Assembly: GCA_001179505.1 (NCBI GenBank)
Contig: CDMY01000365.1
Location: 35,803-99,802 of the forward strand
DNA from: Vitrella brassicaformis CCMP3155
Lineage: Eukaryota; Protista; Chromerida
Length of the DNA: 64,000 bases
Direction of reading: 5' to 3'
In this document: piece after piece, positions 11,520-25,151 of the stretch
Position numbering within the stretch: position 1 is the stretch's first letter
Layout of the letters: every line of letters begins with the position of its first letter
The notes under the pieces: model-generated
What the model was told of the DNA's origin: nothing
Seen by the model: only the letters and a program-made list of their open reading frames with translations
Database searches by the model: none
Made by a program: the position numbers and the translations under genes

Positions 11520-14500
11520 ATGAGCGACAAGTGGACGGAGAAGGAGCGGCTGGCCTTCAGCCAATGGCTGCATCGCACCTACCTCCCCACCGTCGTGGTC
11601 ATCGCAACGGAGCAGGCGCAGCGGACGATGCGGGCCAACAACGACCTTTCCCTGGCGGACCTCTTCCAGCCCTTCGGCCAGTCGGATGCCCGTGCGCCCG
11701 ACGTGCAGTACCGAGTGCTGGAGCGGCCCATGCGGACAGAGGCCTTCCGGGTCAAATTTGTCGATGTGGAGGATGCAGTGCAGCCGAGGGCAGAGTGTGC
11801 CTTCCACGGCCTCAAGGAACTCGTCGAACCCACGTGGCCGCAGACATTCGGGGAGGTGAGTAGGTCATCTAGATGACTTGACAGACAGACAGACTGACAC
11901 CCACTGCACTGCCACACAGGCACACCACAGACACATGAGATGGATGGTATCTATGTGATGTGTGTATATGATGCCATCGATGTGTTGTGTTCGTTCAGAA
12001 CGACTCTTGCCCGCCGTGTCCGTGGTTTGAGCGTTGGTCAGAGAACCTCTTCCGCACCCTCCACTGGTCCGACCACGAGTGTCTCGACCAGCCCGTCGGG
12101 GCGGTGCTGGTTGTCTCCTCCCAAGACCCCGACCCCGTCAGCCTCTTCGAGCAGCTCATGCACCCCTCCTATATGCCCGAGGCCTGCAGGGCCAACCTTC
12201 TCGACCCATCACCCTCACGCACCTATGTCCTGCTCCACGACGCGACTGCCGCGTCGGCCACGAGCGAGGGGGAGGTGGAGCGGGAGGTCCATCGCATGCG
12301 GCACACCTTCCCGCCGGCCTCCTGCCATTTGCTGCGGGTCAATCGCAACCCCGCCCCCCACCAGCCGTCACAGGACATACAAGAGGTCTTCCGGCCCTAC
12401 ATCATGCCACGCTTCAAGACACCACCGCCGCAGACGCGCCAGGGCCAGCCGCCCCCTCCCCCACCTCCCAAGGGCCCCGCCGCGGCCCTCGGCCGGTCGC
12501 TGAGCCGCGAGGACCTGGAGGCCACCCTCGCCCTTGTGACGGACATCATCACACGAGGCGTGGTGCCGTGGATGGAGCGCAAAGTGCGGCAGCTCGACAC
12601 CCAGATCGGCACGGCGCGCAAGGGGCTGCGGAACCAGCTCAAGTATCTGTGGCGCAAGCCGCGAACGGGCCAGCAGGCGCAGGGCAACGAAGGGGTGGGC
12701 GAGATCATATCGGCCGTGGGGAGCGCTGTGGCGGGGGCGGTGGGTGGGGTGGATGGCGTCAGGGAGGAGGGAGGGCCGGAGCGGACAGGAAATGCCACGT
12801 ATGAGGTAGGTGGGTTGGCACAACGGTAGACAGACAGACGGATGCACGCCAGCCCAGCCAATGCCACTGAGCAGACCAAGCAGGCCAAGAATCTGTGTGT
12901 GTGCACTCACTGCAGACACATACTGTGGAGAATCAGCTGCGGCTGTTGGGTGACCTGTGCTTCCTGTTGCGCGACTATGAGACGGCCCTGCTGCAGTACA
13001 AACAGTGCGCCGCTGACTTCAAGCACGACAAGAGCTGGAAGCACCTCGGTAGGGTAGGTTAGGTGGCCGGGCGGCCCCGCCCGGCCAGGCGACACACATG
13101 GAAGAGTCGTCGAGAATCGTTCTTGTGTGTGCAGGTGGTGCGTATGAGATGTGGGCTATTGCCAATTTCCTCACTGCGGCCCCGACGGCGCTCAACAAGC
13201 GGGAGATCGAGTCGTGCCTCGAGCACGCTTATAAGGCTTACCTCAGGGTAGGTCACCATACACACACACACAGACACCCACACCCACACCCCAGGAGACA
13301 CAAGGGAGTGAGTGAGTCTGCAGTGTAAGTGCGTTTGGATCGACAGGCCGAGGCACCTCGTCAGGCCATTCGGAGTGTGTTGGTGGCGACACGCCTGGCC
13401 GTGTACCTCGATGGAGGCACCGAAGAGCCATCCAAGAGGCTCATGCAGGCAAGCTAAGCTAGCTAGACAACACACATGACAAGGGTGACAAGGGTGACAA
13501 GGGTGGCTCATCTCCATGCCATGTCGGTTGCTCCCTCCCTCCCATCGATTCATCGGGTCCATTCCACTGCAGGCCAACTCGGACATCCAGTCGATCTTTG
13601 GCGAGACAGCCGCCTCCATCCCCCTGCGGCACGCTTTGCTGCTGGAGCAGGCGGCCTACCTGTACGCCAGGCCGGAGCTGGGCTCACGCTACTGGCGGAA
13701 GCTGACATTCCACCTCATACTCGCCGGACACACCTATAACAAAGGGGGTAAGGAAGGCGGGCACAGGGAGAGATGGCCGGCCGCCCAGGTCTTGACCGCT
13801 GTGTGTGTGTGTGTCTGTGTCTGTGTCTGTGTGGGTAGGTTACAAGGCCCTGGCGCTGCGTTGTTACAGCGTTGTGAGCCGCACTTATTCGCGGAAGGGG
13901 TGGCTGCACATCAACGACCACGTGCACTTCACAATGGCCAGACAGGTCGGCACACACATAACACAACACACGGCACACCAGACGTGTCGACATCGATCGC
14001 TTTACTGCCGCATCTCTCTCTCTCTCTCTCTCTGATTCTTACATACAGTCGTTCTCTTTGGGTCTCATCCGCCGATCCCTGCAGCACTTCGCCACCGTCC
14101 TCAATTCCTTCTCGGCCACTCACGAAGCAGCCACCCCCGCCCCGCCAGCACTCGCCCTCCCGGACACCCGCAGGCTGCTGCCGGTGCTCGAGGACGGTCC
14201 CCCTCTCGCAGAGGGCATATCGCAGCGCCGTGTGGTGATCGAGTCGCGTGAGGAGACGTATCTGAAGGAGTTTCTGTATGTGGTTCGGACCTGGACGCTG
14301 AAGCATCACGGTGGGGGCCACAAGGGGAGGGGGGCCGAGGGGAGTGGGGTGGTGATGCCCATGCTGGATGTGAGGCTGCCTGTCGTACTCCAGAAGGACT
14401 CCAGGGGCATGTGCACCAACAGGTACGGCACGCACTCAGACAGGCAGGCAGGCAGGCATCACGCAGCCGACCCCGCCCACCCAGCACAGCACACACGCCC

Positions 14501-17500
14501 ATGCCATGTGCTGTGCTATGCTATGCCTCACCTCACACAGCATCGGTGTTGTCCTTGAGGGAGACGAGCTGAGTCATCAGGACCATCTGGCCTCCCTGGC
14601 ACCCCACACCCACACCCACACCCATCAGCAGCAGCCCTCCCCCTCCCCCTCCCCCCTCCCCCAGCCCACAGACGAGGCGACTCCCTTCGCCTTCATCGCA
14701 GAGGAGGTGGGCGTGCCCGTCTCGCCTGACGACCAAAAGGAGCTCGCCTGCCTGGAGGCAAGGCTGCCGATGCTCATGCCCCCTCCGCCCAAAGGCGGGC
14801 CGCCCGGCCCCCCGGGGCTCAACGAGGTGCTCAGCGGGACCGTGTATGAGACGCTGCAGCGGATCACTGCCGTGGGTGCGCCAGTGGTGGTGGAGGCGCG
14901 GCTGAGCAACCCCTTGCAAGTGGAGATGGAGTGCATCAACTTGCGGCTGTTTGGCCGCATGGAGGGGCCTGACGGGCAGCTCTCGCCGGGCGAGGGCGAG
15001 TCCGTGTCCGTGTCGGCCACGTCGGCCTCATCGACCACCGACGGCGTCCGCCGGCTCGACGGCGAGTCTGGCGATGGTATGGCTAGCCGTGAGGGTGAGG
15101 TGGACTTCCCCACGATGAGTTTGCGGCTGGAGGGCAAACAGACAGTGAGTGTGCGGCTGGCGGCCATACCGCAGAACGAGGGCGTCTTGAGGATAGAGGG
15201 CGTGGAGTGGGAGCTGTGGAGCCACCGTGCAGAGAGGGAAGAGGCGCCTGGGGGGCGGTTCCCCGTCCGCGTGAGGCAGAAGCTCCATCTTCATGGGCGG
15301 CCCAAGAGCAAGAAACGGTCAGCCTCCGCCCCGCCCCTGCCGTCCCCTCCCTCCTCTGCGTCCATCGACGAGTCGGGCGAGCCCCTTGTGACGATCGCGA
15401 AGTACCACCCTGACAAGAGACTGGAGCTGAGGGTGTCGGCCGACCTGCCGCGCGTGTCTTGCCATTTTGAGGGCTTCCCCACCTCTCCCCTGCTGGCAGG
15501 CGAGTGCCACCCTTGCACCCTCATCATCGAGAACAGGGGGGCGCGGAAGCTCAGCAAGGTCCGTGTGGCGGCGTCGCATCGTGACTTCATCTTCTTCCCC
15601 CCTCCCCCGGTGCCCCGCACCCCTCCCGCCTCCTCGCCATCGTCTGTCCGCCAGCCCCCCCGACCCGAGTCAGTCCCACAGCTGCTCAACATCCCCCCTC
15701 CACGCCCATCTGTCCGGCTCTCGCGGTCGATGGCCTCCCAGGCGTCAGGCAGCCGGCGATCGAGTCTGCCGCCCGTCACAGAGGGGTGGGCGTCCCATGT
15801 GGCCGTCAGCGATGAGTCCATCAGCAGTGGGGGCACCTTCGCCATTCCCTGTCTGGTGCGTGGCTCGGCTGCCGGCGTCCACCGTCTCCGGATATGTGTG
15901 TGCGCCGAGGGGGAGCAGCTGCAGCAGGCTGTTGTGGCTGGCGAGGGTGAGGGGGCGGAGGGGGAGGGAAAGGGCAGCGACCAGATGTCGGTGCTGAGCA
16001 CTGAGGGGTCTGCCTTGCCATCCTCCCCCTCTCCCTCCCCGTCGGCAGAGGCCAGTCCCAGGCCGCAGGTTGGTGGGGCTGATGTGATGCGCAAATGGAT
16101 CGTTCTCGAGAAGGTGCTCGAGGTCAGGCCGTCCATCGTCGTCAGCGTCCAACAAGTAAGTAACACACATCACATGCCATGCATCCCACACGCAGGGCAT
16201 ACACAGCACAGCACCACTTTTTCCCTGCTCTGTGTGTGTGTGTTCAGCACGCGTCTTGGCGCAAGCCTGGCCGTTTTGTGCTCGAGTGCAACATCGAGAA
16301 CGCCAGTTCCCACGTGATAGCGGTGCAGAAGGTGCAGGCCCTCATCCCCCAGCCAGGCCTGCCGCAGGGCGACGCAGCCACGGCCCCCCTCCCCGGCCAC
16401 GACACCCCCATCCCCTACCAGCCTGTCATCCTCGAGCCATGCATCCCCGTTGAGCAGAGGAGCCTCCACATCTTCCCCTCCCAGGCCACACACCTCCTTT
16501 ACGCCTACCACCCCCCCACAGCAACACACACACATACCGATGCCCACCATCACCACGGCAAGGCGGCCAGGAGGTGGCAGGGCGAGACGGGCGAATCGTC
16601 ATCATCCGATGAGGAAGCAGCGTCGGACAACGGGATGCGGATCGTCCCCTACTCGGCCCCCTCGTCGCCTGAGCACCGGCCGAGGGCGCCAGGGGACGAC
16701 TCACAGGTTGCCGTGCGGCAGGTGCGCCTGAAGGCCCCTCCCTATGACGCGTGGCAGGAGCAAATCGTCAAGGTGGCGCGGCGTGCGAATCTCGAGAGGA
16801 AGTGGGGCCGCGGCAGCAGGAGGCGGCAGAGGGGCGGCCGCAGCAGGTCTCCCGAGGGGATGCGGGTGGGGCCGGGAAGGAGGGCCAGGGGAAAGAGCCC
16901 TGGTCCCAATGGGGAGCCCTCTGTGCATGGGTGAGGGAGGGAGGGAGGCAGGAAGGAAGGGTACACTACACAGCAAAGGTGGACACAGGGTGGGTGGAAG
17001 TCGGCGTGTGTCTGTGGTGTGGTGTGGTGTGGTGTGTGAATGTGTGGTGCAGTGGTCAGCACATGGACATTATCGTCGAGTGGCGGGCGACCGAGACGGA
17101 GCGAAGAGGCGACACCTTCCTATTCCACGTGAACGCTCTCACTGACACACTGATTGATTGATTTGCCGCAAACAAACGTTTATCACTCATGCGCACCTCC
17201 TCCCTCCCTCCCTCCCTCCCTCTGGCCTGGCAATGTCGGTCGGTCGGTCGGTTGTGTGTGTGATGCATCGATATCTATGATCAGGTCCCTCTGTATGTGC
17301 CAGCTGAAGGCTGTCCTCTCAAGTTCCAGATCTGCCCCACCCAGACAGTGCTGCCCTTCTGCCCCTCCCCGCCACCTCCCCCGCCCACCACACCTTTCGC
17401 ACCCCCTCAGTCGCCCGTCCCCGCCACCTTGTTGCCCGTCCATCTCTACATCCAGAACGTCTCCCCCGACCACTCAGTGACCTTCCAGCTCGAGGCCGAC

Positions 17501-17962
17501 GAGCCGGCAGCGGCGTACGTCACGCCTCTGCACATGAGCCCTCAGCTCAACATGCGGTGGACGAGCGAGATGCCCTTCTTCAGCCAGCCGCAGGCCCTCC
17601 TGCCCTCCTACATGCGGCAGCCGCCCGCCGGGCCCTTCTGGGAGGGCGGGGCGGTCACGCGGCGAGTGGACAATCTCCCTCCCGGGCACACCGTCGACTA
17701 CGGCCTGGTGGCCCGCTTCTCGCGGCCTGGCGTGTACAACCTCAACAAGTTTCGCTTTGTGGTCCACGAGGTGCGTTCGGTGGCCGCTGCTGCTGTGGCT
17801 GTGGCTGCGGGTGGGGGCGATGTGGCTATGACGGGCGGTGAGGGCAAGGCGTTTGCCTTTCCGTTTGAGTCGCTGGTGTGGGTGTACAGTGAGAGTGAGA
17901 GGGAGGCGGGGGAGGAGGCCGCCATGCGGACACAGGAACCGCCACCAGAGCGGACCTCGTGA
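11520..17962 (+). CDS. TRAPPC8: TRAPP III subunit TRAPPC8/Trs85, multi-exon
   Basis: Motifs LSLADLFQPFG, PWFERW...SDHECLDQPVGAVLVVSSQDPDP, ENQLRLLGDLCFLLRDYETA...DFKHDKSW, ALLLEQAA, RKLTFHLILAGHTY and YSRKGWLHINDHVHFTMARQ; C-terminal Ig-like region ends at TGA 17962. Confidence 0.9.
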
Positions 17963-18716
17963 ATGAGCGAATGAACACTCATTAGCGCCGTGATGCCAGT
18001 GAGTGAGTGACAGAGACAGACACGAGAGAAATTTGTGGGTATCTATCCGAGAGTCTGTCTGTGGTTGGTTCCTCACGAGAGGTGTCTGACGGCCTGAGTT
18101 GAGGTGGCAATTGTGAGATTGGGCATGGATGGCCATATCCTGTGTGCGCTGTGTGTGGTCCGGGTGCTCCATTCGGCCTGATCTGACCAGATGGCCGTGC
18201 ATAGCATAGCGTGAGATGAGATGAAATGAATGACTGCATCACATCAACCATACGCGTGTATGATCTTGATCCATCAGGGTTGACCGTAGCATAGCCCCTG
18301 TCTGTCTCTGTCCATGAGGCCACCATCATCACCAGGGTCACAGGCAGGATGACTCGGCACACACCTATGAAGCTGACCATGATGCTGCCAAAATGGACAC
18401 AGCGGCATGGCATGAGCGGCCAACAGCGTCGGTAGACTGAGTCGCTTGTCCGACCAAACCCCCCTCACATGCACCCGCCCCCCGTCACATTGAGGCAGTC
18501 TGGAAGCACTCTGCATCTAGCTGCATGCATACCATCCCGCAACCACGCAACGCATACACACAGACCTCTCAACACGTAGGTCAAGAATCCAACACACAGC
18601 ACCCAGCACAGAGAACAGAAAAACAGGCAGGCGATGGCGCCTGACTAGCTAGTCGAATCGCCCAGTTTGGTAGGAGCATCGCTCTCGCACTCCCTCCCTC
18701 CCTGCCGGCAGTCTCT

Positions 18717-20049
18717 CTACCATCTCCTCAGCAGATTGGTGAGCGCCTTGGCGCCGTCCAGGACATTGCCCCTCTTCATCTCGCCGTCATCCGTCTCCTC
18801 ACCTGACACACACACACACTCTTTCTGCAGCTGGTGAGTGAGGAGGTCTGCACGGGTCACTCACCATTGATGAGCACGTAGAAGGCTCGCCAGCTGGAGA
18901 GCACCACTGCGGTCGCCACGAGAGAGATGACCACAAACACACCGGGGGGCTGCTCGCCTGATAGCCAGACGGACAGACAGACAGACAGACAGAGTACTAG
19001 CGACAGTCAGCGGCCACGTACACTTGACTTACCTCTGTATACGGCTCTCAGTGCGAGCCCCATGGATGCCGACACTGCCCACGCTGGAATCAACACCTGA
19101 GGGCAGGGATGGCATGCGCCAGTGTCGGCTGCGTCTTCGTTCACCTCACTCACCTGTGCCATCTTCTTGTAGTTTGCTGTGGCGTCATGTGTGTAGGCGC
19201 CCAGCAGAGGTGATATGCCGAACCAAGCTGAAAGGAGCATAGCATGGGAACCACCCACCCTCGTGTGTGTGGGTGTCTGTCTGTCTGTCTGTCTGTCGGA
19301 ATGTGCTGGTGGTCTGGCTCACCGATGAGGAAGGGTGCCGCCGTTTGCCAGACCCCTGGAGAGAGAATCGTCTCCTGCTGAGCGCCGTGGTTGGCCCTAC
19401 CAGCCAAAGCAAACGCCAACAGCGCCACGGCATCACCTACACACACCACACCACACCACACCGCAGTACTGACTCAGCCAACCAGATTCCCCCCGCTGGC
19501 TTCGCTTCGCTTGGCTTGGCTCACCCGATGCGAGAAGCCATCTATCGGGGATGTCCATCCAGTTGCTTTTGCCCACCCGCCGCACCTCGAGGCCAGCCTG
19601 GCCCGTCCACTGCGTCCGCTCAATGTCACGCTCGTCAACCACATCCCAGCCCGCCTCACGGGCATACTTATCGGCTTCGCGCTGGATCTGCTGCACTCGC
19701 TCCTTGGCAGGCAGGCTGCTCAGAGGGGATGATGAACTGTCACTGCTGTGCTGCTGCTCTGTGGTCATGGGCGCAGGCGACGGGGGAGCTGCCGGTGGGC
19801 TTGGTTCTTCCGGGCTAGTCGGGGCGTTCATTCGTAAGACGGTGGGGTGCAGAAGCGATGGACGATGACTCTGCAGCAGAGAGGGAGCAACCAAAGGTGA
19901 ATGCAGGCAGGCACACCACGGTTCGGATCTGGCTGGCTCACGCGTGACAGTCTGATGGGATGTAGAGTCTGCGTGAAGGCAAGAGAGGGCCGCTCTCCGC
20001 TTGCAGCAACTGCATTGGCAGACATCAGCGTTGCGATCAAGGATATCAT
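18717..20049 (-). CDS. DUF3054-family membrane protein, probably plastid-targeted
   Basis: Spliced exons give GDAVALLAFALAGRANHG...VWQTAAPFLI...LLGAY...AWAVSASMGLALR...KALTNLLRRW*, matching the DUF3054 motifs and the plant-type LxxLxRRW C-terminus. Leader MISLIATLMSANAVAASGERPSLAF. Confidence 0.8.
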
Positions 20050-20213
20050 TCTGCCCCTTTCCTGTCAGAGAGCGGTTTCACGGAGTGTCAGCATTCTTGA
20101 GCTCGCATGAAGACAAGACGCCGCCTTTCCCTTCTCTCGCAGTGTGTTTGGTGCTGAAGGCTGCTGACATACACAGAAGTCGCGCGCGAGAACAGCTGTC
20201 TGTCGTTCCATAG

Positions 20214-20836
20214 ATGCCGAAGGTGAGCAACCGAACCGTCAGCCACACACACACACACACACACGGAGGATGCGCAGGTCACTGTCTGTCTGTCTGTGTG
20301 TCTTGGCACTTAATTACAGGTCCGCACTTTGAATAGCAAGAAGGCTCCCGAGGGGTGGGAGTTGGTGGAGCCGTTCTTCGAGGAGATTAACCGCAAGATG
20401 CGCGAGGCCGAGAACGAGCCGCACGAGGGCAAGCGGAAGGCCGAGTCCCTCTGGCCCATCATGAAGCTGCACCACCAGCGGTCGCGGTACCTCTACGACC
20501 TCTACTACAAGCGGAAGGAGATCAGCAGGGATCTCTACGAGTACTGCCTCATCGAGGGGTACGGCGACGCCAACCTTATCGCCAAGTGGAAGAAGCCGGG
20601 CTACGAGAAGCTCTGCTGCCTCAGGTGCATCCAGACCACCGGACAGAACTTTGGGACGACCTGCATCTGCAGAGTGCCCAGGAGCGCACTCGAAGAGGGC
20701 AAGGTAAGGGAGCTCAGCTCACGGAGGAGAGCGTGTGGGGTGGGATAACGCCTGACGTCGTGTGATGTCCTGTGTGTTGTGTCAGGTTGTGGAATGCCAG
20801 CACTGCGGCTGCCGCGGGTGCGCGAGTGGAGACTAG
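20214..20836 (+). CDS. BUD31: Pre-mRNA splicing factor BUD31 (G10 protein)
   Basis: Three exons 20214-20222, 20320-20703, 20786-20836 give [21 protein letters not shown]...[14 protein letters not shown]...[17 protein letters not shown]...CICRVP...[16 protein letters not shown], essentially canonical. Confidence 0.97.
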
Positions 20837-21563
20837 GTGGTAGGTACCCGGGTGGTCTAGTGTGCCGTGCCGTCTTCCTCTCCTCTCCGCTCCGCTCCTG
20901 GCTGGTGTAGATGACCCCCTCTCTCTGTCGTGTCCTTTCCTTCCCTTTTGCGCGTGGTGCCCTCTCTCCTCCGGCCCGGCCTTCCCCTAATGATATGGAC
21001 ATATCATATTGTGCAGCTCTGTCCATCGACTGCCTGACTGTCTTTAACTGCATATATATGTTGATTGATGCTGGTGGTGACCTTATTATTTTTGCCGCCT
21101 GACGTGACGGACGTGGTTGGCTGGCTGTTCGAGTCTGTCAGCGGTCGGTTCGTCGACTTCCATCAGCCCGTTGGCGGGAGCGATTGTGACATCGCTTGCA
21201 CCAGTGGTCGCTGGCAGGTCGGATGAACTGGCTCATGATCAGACGCGGGCAACTGAGAAAGGTCGATCGGGTGGAAGGGCCGACCCACGTGCATCATGTG
21301 GTATGTACGTTGCCGAACAGACGGTGAATGCGGTGAGTGCACTGACTGCATGTCAGTCACGTTTCTTCCGTATCATGATGATCCACACACACTGACAATT
21401 CTATAGAGACTTTCCGTATGCTACGTGTCTGTCTCCCTAACGTCAGTCACGTCATCACACGCGTGGCCACCGGTGACCCAGCCCTCACGCCACAATTCAT
21501 GCAGTGCAGTCAATGGAAACTCATCTCTGAAAACACCTGTCCGTCCGTCCCCCCGCCCGTCCG

Positions 21564-24208
21564 TCAGCCACTCTCTCCTCCCTCCCTCTCCTCTCTCTGA
21601 AACCGCCGTATCGTCTCACCAATCCCTTCCAGAAGACCGGCACCACCAGAGAGCGGCGGAGGTGTCGGCGGCTTCCAATCCGTGTGGTCCAGGAAGTTGG
21701 CACGCAGCAACGTGTTGGGAGCCAACAGGATCGGCACCAGGAAATTCCGCAACGCGCAGATGGGTTCGAGGGCGATCTGCAGCGCCACCCCGTAAACCCA
21801 GGCCTTCATCGACAGGAAGGCAATCCGCCCCAGCCGGTTCCTCTCAAAGCGCCGCAGCGCGCGGTCGATGTCGGCCTCGTCGTCGATCCTCGGCTCGAAA
21901 GGCTGCGGCTGTCGGGGTGGGGGGAAGTCGATGGGGCCGATGTTCATGCCGATGGAGGCTATGCGACCCGCCGAGGGCGACGAGGGGGAGGATGTCTGAG
22001 TGGCCGGCGGGCGTCGACCCAGAATGGGCGTGAGCACTGAGCAAAGCTCCACTGCATCCTCGATAGCCGCAGCACCACCCTAAGACACATACATAGACAA
22101 CAGAGAGAGATGCGCAAGGACAGACAGACGTGTGTGGTTGGGGGAGGGAGGCTCCGTGCGTGTGTGAGTGAGTGAGTGAGCGAGTGAGTGAGTGAGCCGG
22201 CCTACCTGTCCCAGGTTGGGTGTCATGGGATGTGCACTGTCTCCAATGAGAGTGACTCTCCCCTTGCCCCATGGCCTGAAAGACGGAAACCGGTGGCGGA
22301 TGTCAGACAGGACGATGTCCTCCGCCGGGGTGGCCTGCACCAACTGGATGATGGGATGGACAAACCATCCACACACAGACGCCAGCCAGAGAAGATGATG
22401 CCAGCCGCCTGGTGGGTGTGTTGGTATGTACCTACCTGGTAGACTTGGTGTCCCCATCCCTCGACCAGTCTGGCGGCATATGCCTTGCGCCCCGTGGCGT
22501 TGACGGAAATGGCCGGCACGTCGCCCGCCAGAGCATTGAAACACACAAACCAGTACACACGGTCCTCACTTATCTGCGCCGAACCGAACCGAACCCCCTC
22601 ACCGAACACCTGGGTTTGGTTTGACACACATGCGGGGGGGTGGGTCACCGGGGTGGTGTCTTGTCTCGCCTCACTCACTCACTCAGTCACTCTCTCTCAC
22701 CTGTCCGACGACTCCTTCCTTGAGCAGCACTGATTTGCCGCGTCCGAGTGATGGCTCCCACGGCATGCCGCCCATCGACAGGGGAAAAGTCGGCCGAAGC
22801 CGAGCCACCCCACGAAACGCCTTGTACCCAGCATACCTGCACACAAGTGCCAACGAAGGTATGAGGACACATTGGTGGCGATCACACACGTGAGAACCGT
22901 GTCGTCTCCCACCTCGGTGGCGGCTCTCTGGGTGCGATGGAGGCCCTGACGGATGATCTGATGCCGTCGGCTCCCACCACAACCCGCGCCCTTATCTGCC
23001 GTCCGTCCTTGAGAGTGACCAGCACGGGTCGTGAGCCGGTGCCCTCGAGGACCTCCTCCACCTCAGCCGAGTAGAAGATGCGGTCACGCGGCACACCCGA
23101 CAGCAGCTCACGCAGCAGCTGCCCTCGCAACACCTGAACAACAAAACGATTCATTTCAAAGACACACCTGAGCTGTGTGTGAGATGGATGGATGTATGGA
23201 TGTACCTGTCTGAACTCATGCGGCCCGTTTGCGCACTCATCGACGTTAAAGTCGACGAGCACGCCGCCCTCCTTCGAGGCCAGGCAGACCTCCTTGTTGA
23301 GCACATAGCCCGCCCGCATGGCGTTGTCCACCCGCAGGTAAGACAGGGCGCGCCACGCCTGCGTCCACAGACCTATCGCCGTACCACTGCCTCAGACAGA
23401 CAGACAGACAGACAGATGGGAAGACATGACATGCAACGACGGTTCTTTCCTTCACCCCACCCAGGTACCCTTCCCTCAGTCGCGGAGAGGCTTCGACGAG
23501 ACAGCAGTCGACCCCCGCTTGCGTCAGGCCCCTCATCAATGCAGCGCCGCTCAACCTGACCACACACACACACACCACACGCACACAGCGCGTCACGACG
23601 AAGTCATGTCAGTCAGTCTGTCTGATCTCACTCACCCGCTGCCCACAACGAGCACGTCCACAGACGAAGGGAGCGACGCGACCAGCGGGTTTGGGGGCGG
23701 GGGCAGCTCGTCCGGCACAATCGACGCAATCCTCTCACCCACCCCCTTGGCCCGCGCCCGCGCCCCACCGAGGATCCTCTTTAGCCGCTCCCTGTTGTCC
23801 TTCACGCCCTGCTGGAAGCTCTTGCCGATGGCCGACAGCCGCTCGCGAAGACCGGTGGGCAGCCGAGCGGCGGGCAAGACGATGGGCGGGGGAGACGCGT
23901 AGCTCGGCGGCCAGGCCTGCAGGAAGGTCACACAACCACAACCACAACCACACACACACACACACGAAGGAATTAGTGATCAAGGTAATAGGTACTTGCA
24001 CACAGAACAGGTGTGGTATGTGTGCGCGCGTGTGGTGGGTGGTGTGTGGTGGGTGGTGGTGTGGGGTATGTGTGTGGGAGCATTCAGGGGGGCAGGGCCG
24101 CATTGCTGGTAGCTGGCTGGCTGCTTGGCTGGCTGGCTGGCCGCTTGGCTGATTGCGGGAGGAAGGCCGGAGCACCCTCCACGATTCACTAACAGCATTA
24201 TCACTCAC
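21564..24208 (-). CDS. FAD-dependent monooxygenase (salicylate hydroxylase/zeaxanthin-epoxidase-like superfamily); 5' end uncertain
   Basis: Spliced motifs DVLVVGSGLSGAALMRGL (Rossmann GxGxxG), VVVGADGIRSSVR (DG motif) and GRVTLIGDSAHPMTPNLGQGGAAAIEDA (GD motif). Confidence 0.85.
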
Positions 24209-25151
24209 TCATTGACAGCCACAGACAGGCGTGCACACCAATACGAGTCAGTCAGTCAGTGAGGAAGAGAGGCATTCGGGGCCTTCTTCATGGCTAAGAG
24301 ACAAATATCGTCTAAACCGCGCAGGCCCACACAGAGACACACACCTACAATCGCCTCCTGCCTCATCCGGCACGGCACACACACCCAGACAGCGATACAT
24401 ACACCTCCACTCCATCCATCCATCCGTAGGGACCAGATGGCTGACCTCGGGAAACAACCAAACACACTCATTCCTCCCTCCCTCGCACCCTGCCCCTTTC
24501 TGTCATTCAAACTGTCACCACGACTGGGGTTTGTGAGCCGCCTGACAAACGATAAAGCCGAAAAAGGGCCGTGTGTGGATGGAGGGGCGTGGAAGGCAGA
24601 GGGGGGGGGGAGGGGCACTTCTGCCCGCCCTTGTGATGACTGACTGCATCCTACATAGCTACGGCAGAGAGAGAGAGAGAGAGAGAGACAAAACAGCTGG
24701 AGGGAGTTAAGGGCCCTACGGCTCTCAATCGCTCGCTCGTGGGGGTCGGACAGACGAGAAGGACGGACACTCTAGAATGGCTATCTCTCACTCATTGTGT
24801 GGCAATAAGATATACAGAGGACATCTGTGCTCACCGCCTCTCACACCCCTCCCCTCCTCGACCCCCTGCTGTGATGTAATGACGAAAACCTAGGGAAGCC
24901 CTCCCTCCACACACCTCACTCATCACTCACATGACCAATCTGTCGACCGACCGACCGGAGTGAGTGAGTCGACCGAGAAAACCCGCCCACCCACCACCCC
25001 ACCGAGCGTCACACCACACCATACAAACAGCAGCCCCCCTCCTCTCTATACAACACCCAGCAAAGCACCACCACACCGCAGTTCGTCAGACAGTCCGCCC
25101 ACGCATCCCATTCCCCCTCCTGCCCCGCCCCGCCCTCAATGCATTCATTGA

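Noticed and set aside
17982-18516. Hydrophobic minus-strand ORFs between TRAPPC8 and DUF3054
   Set aside because: Lie in converging 3' UTR space, with no supported splice partners or family motifs.
21564-24208. Specific call as zeaxanthin epoxidase
   Set aside because: Only generic flavoprotein monooxygenase motifs are visible, so the substrate cannot be assigned.
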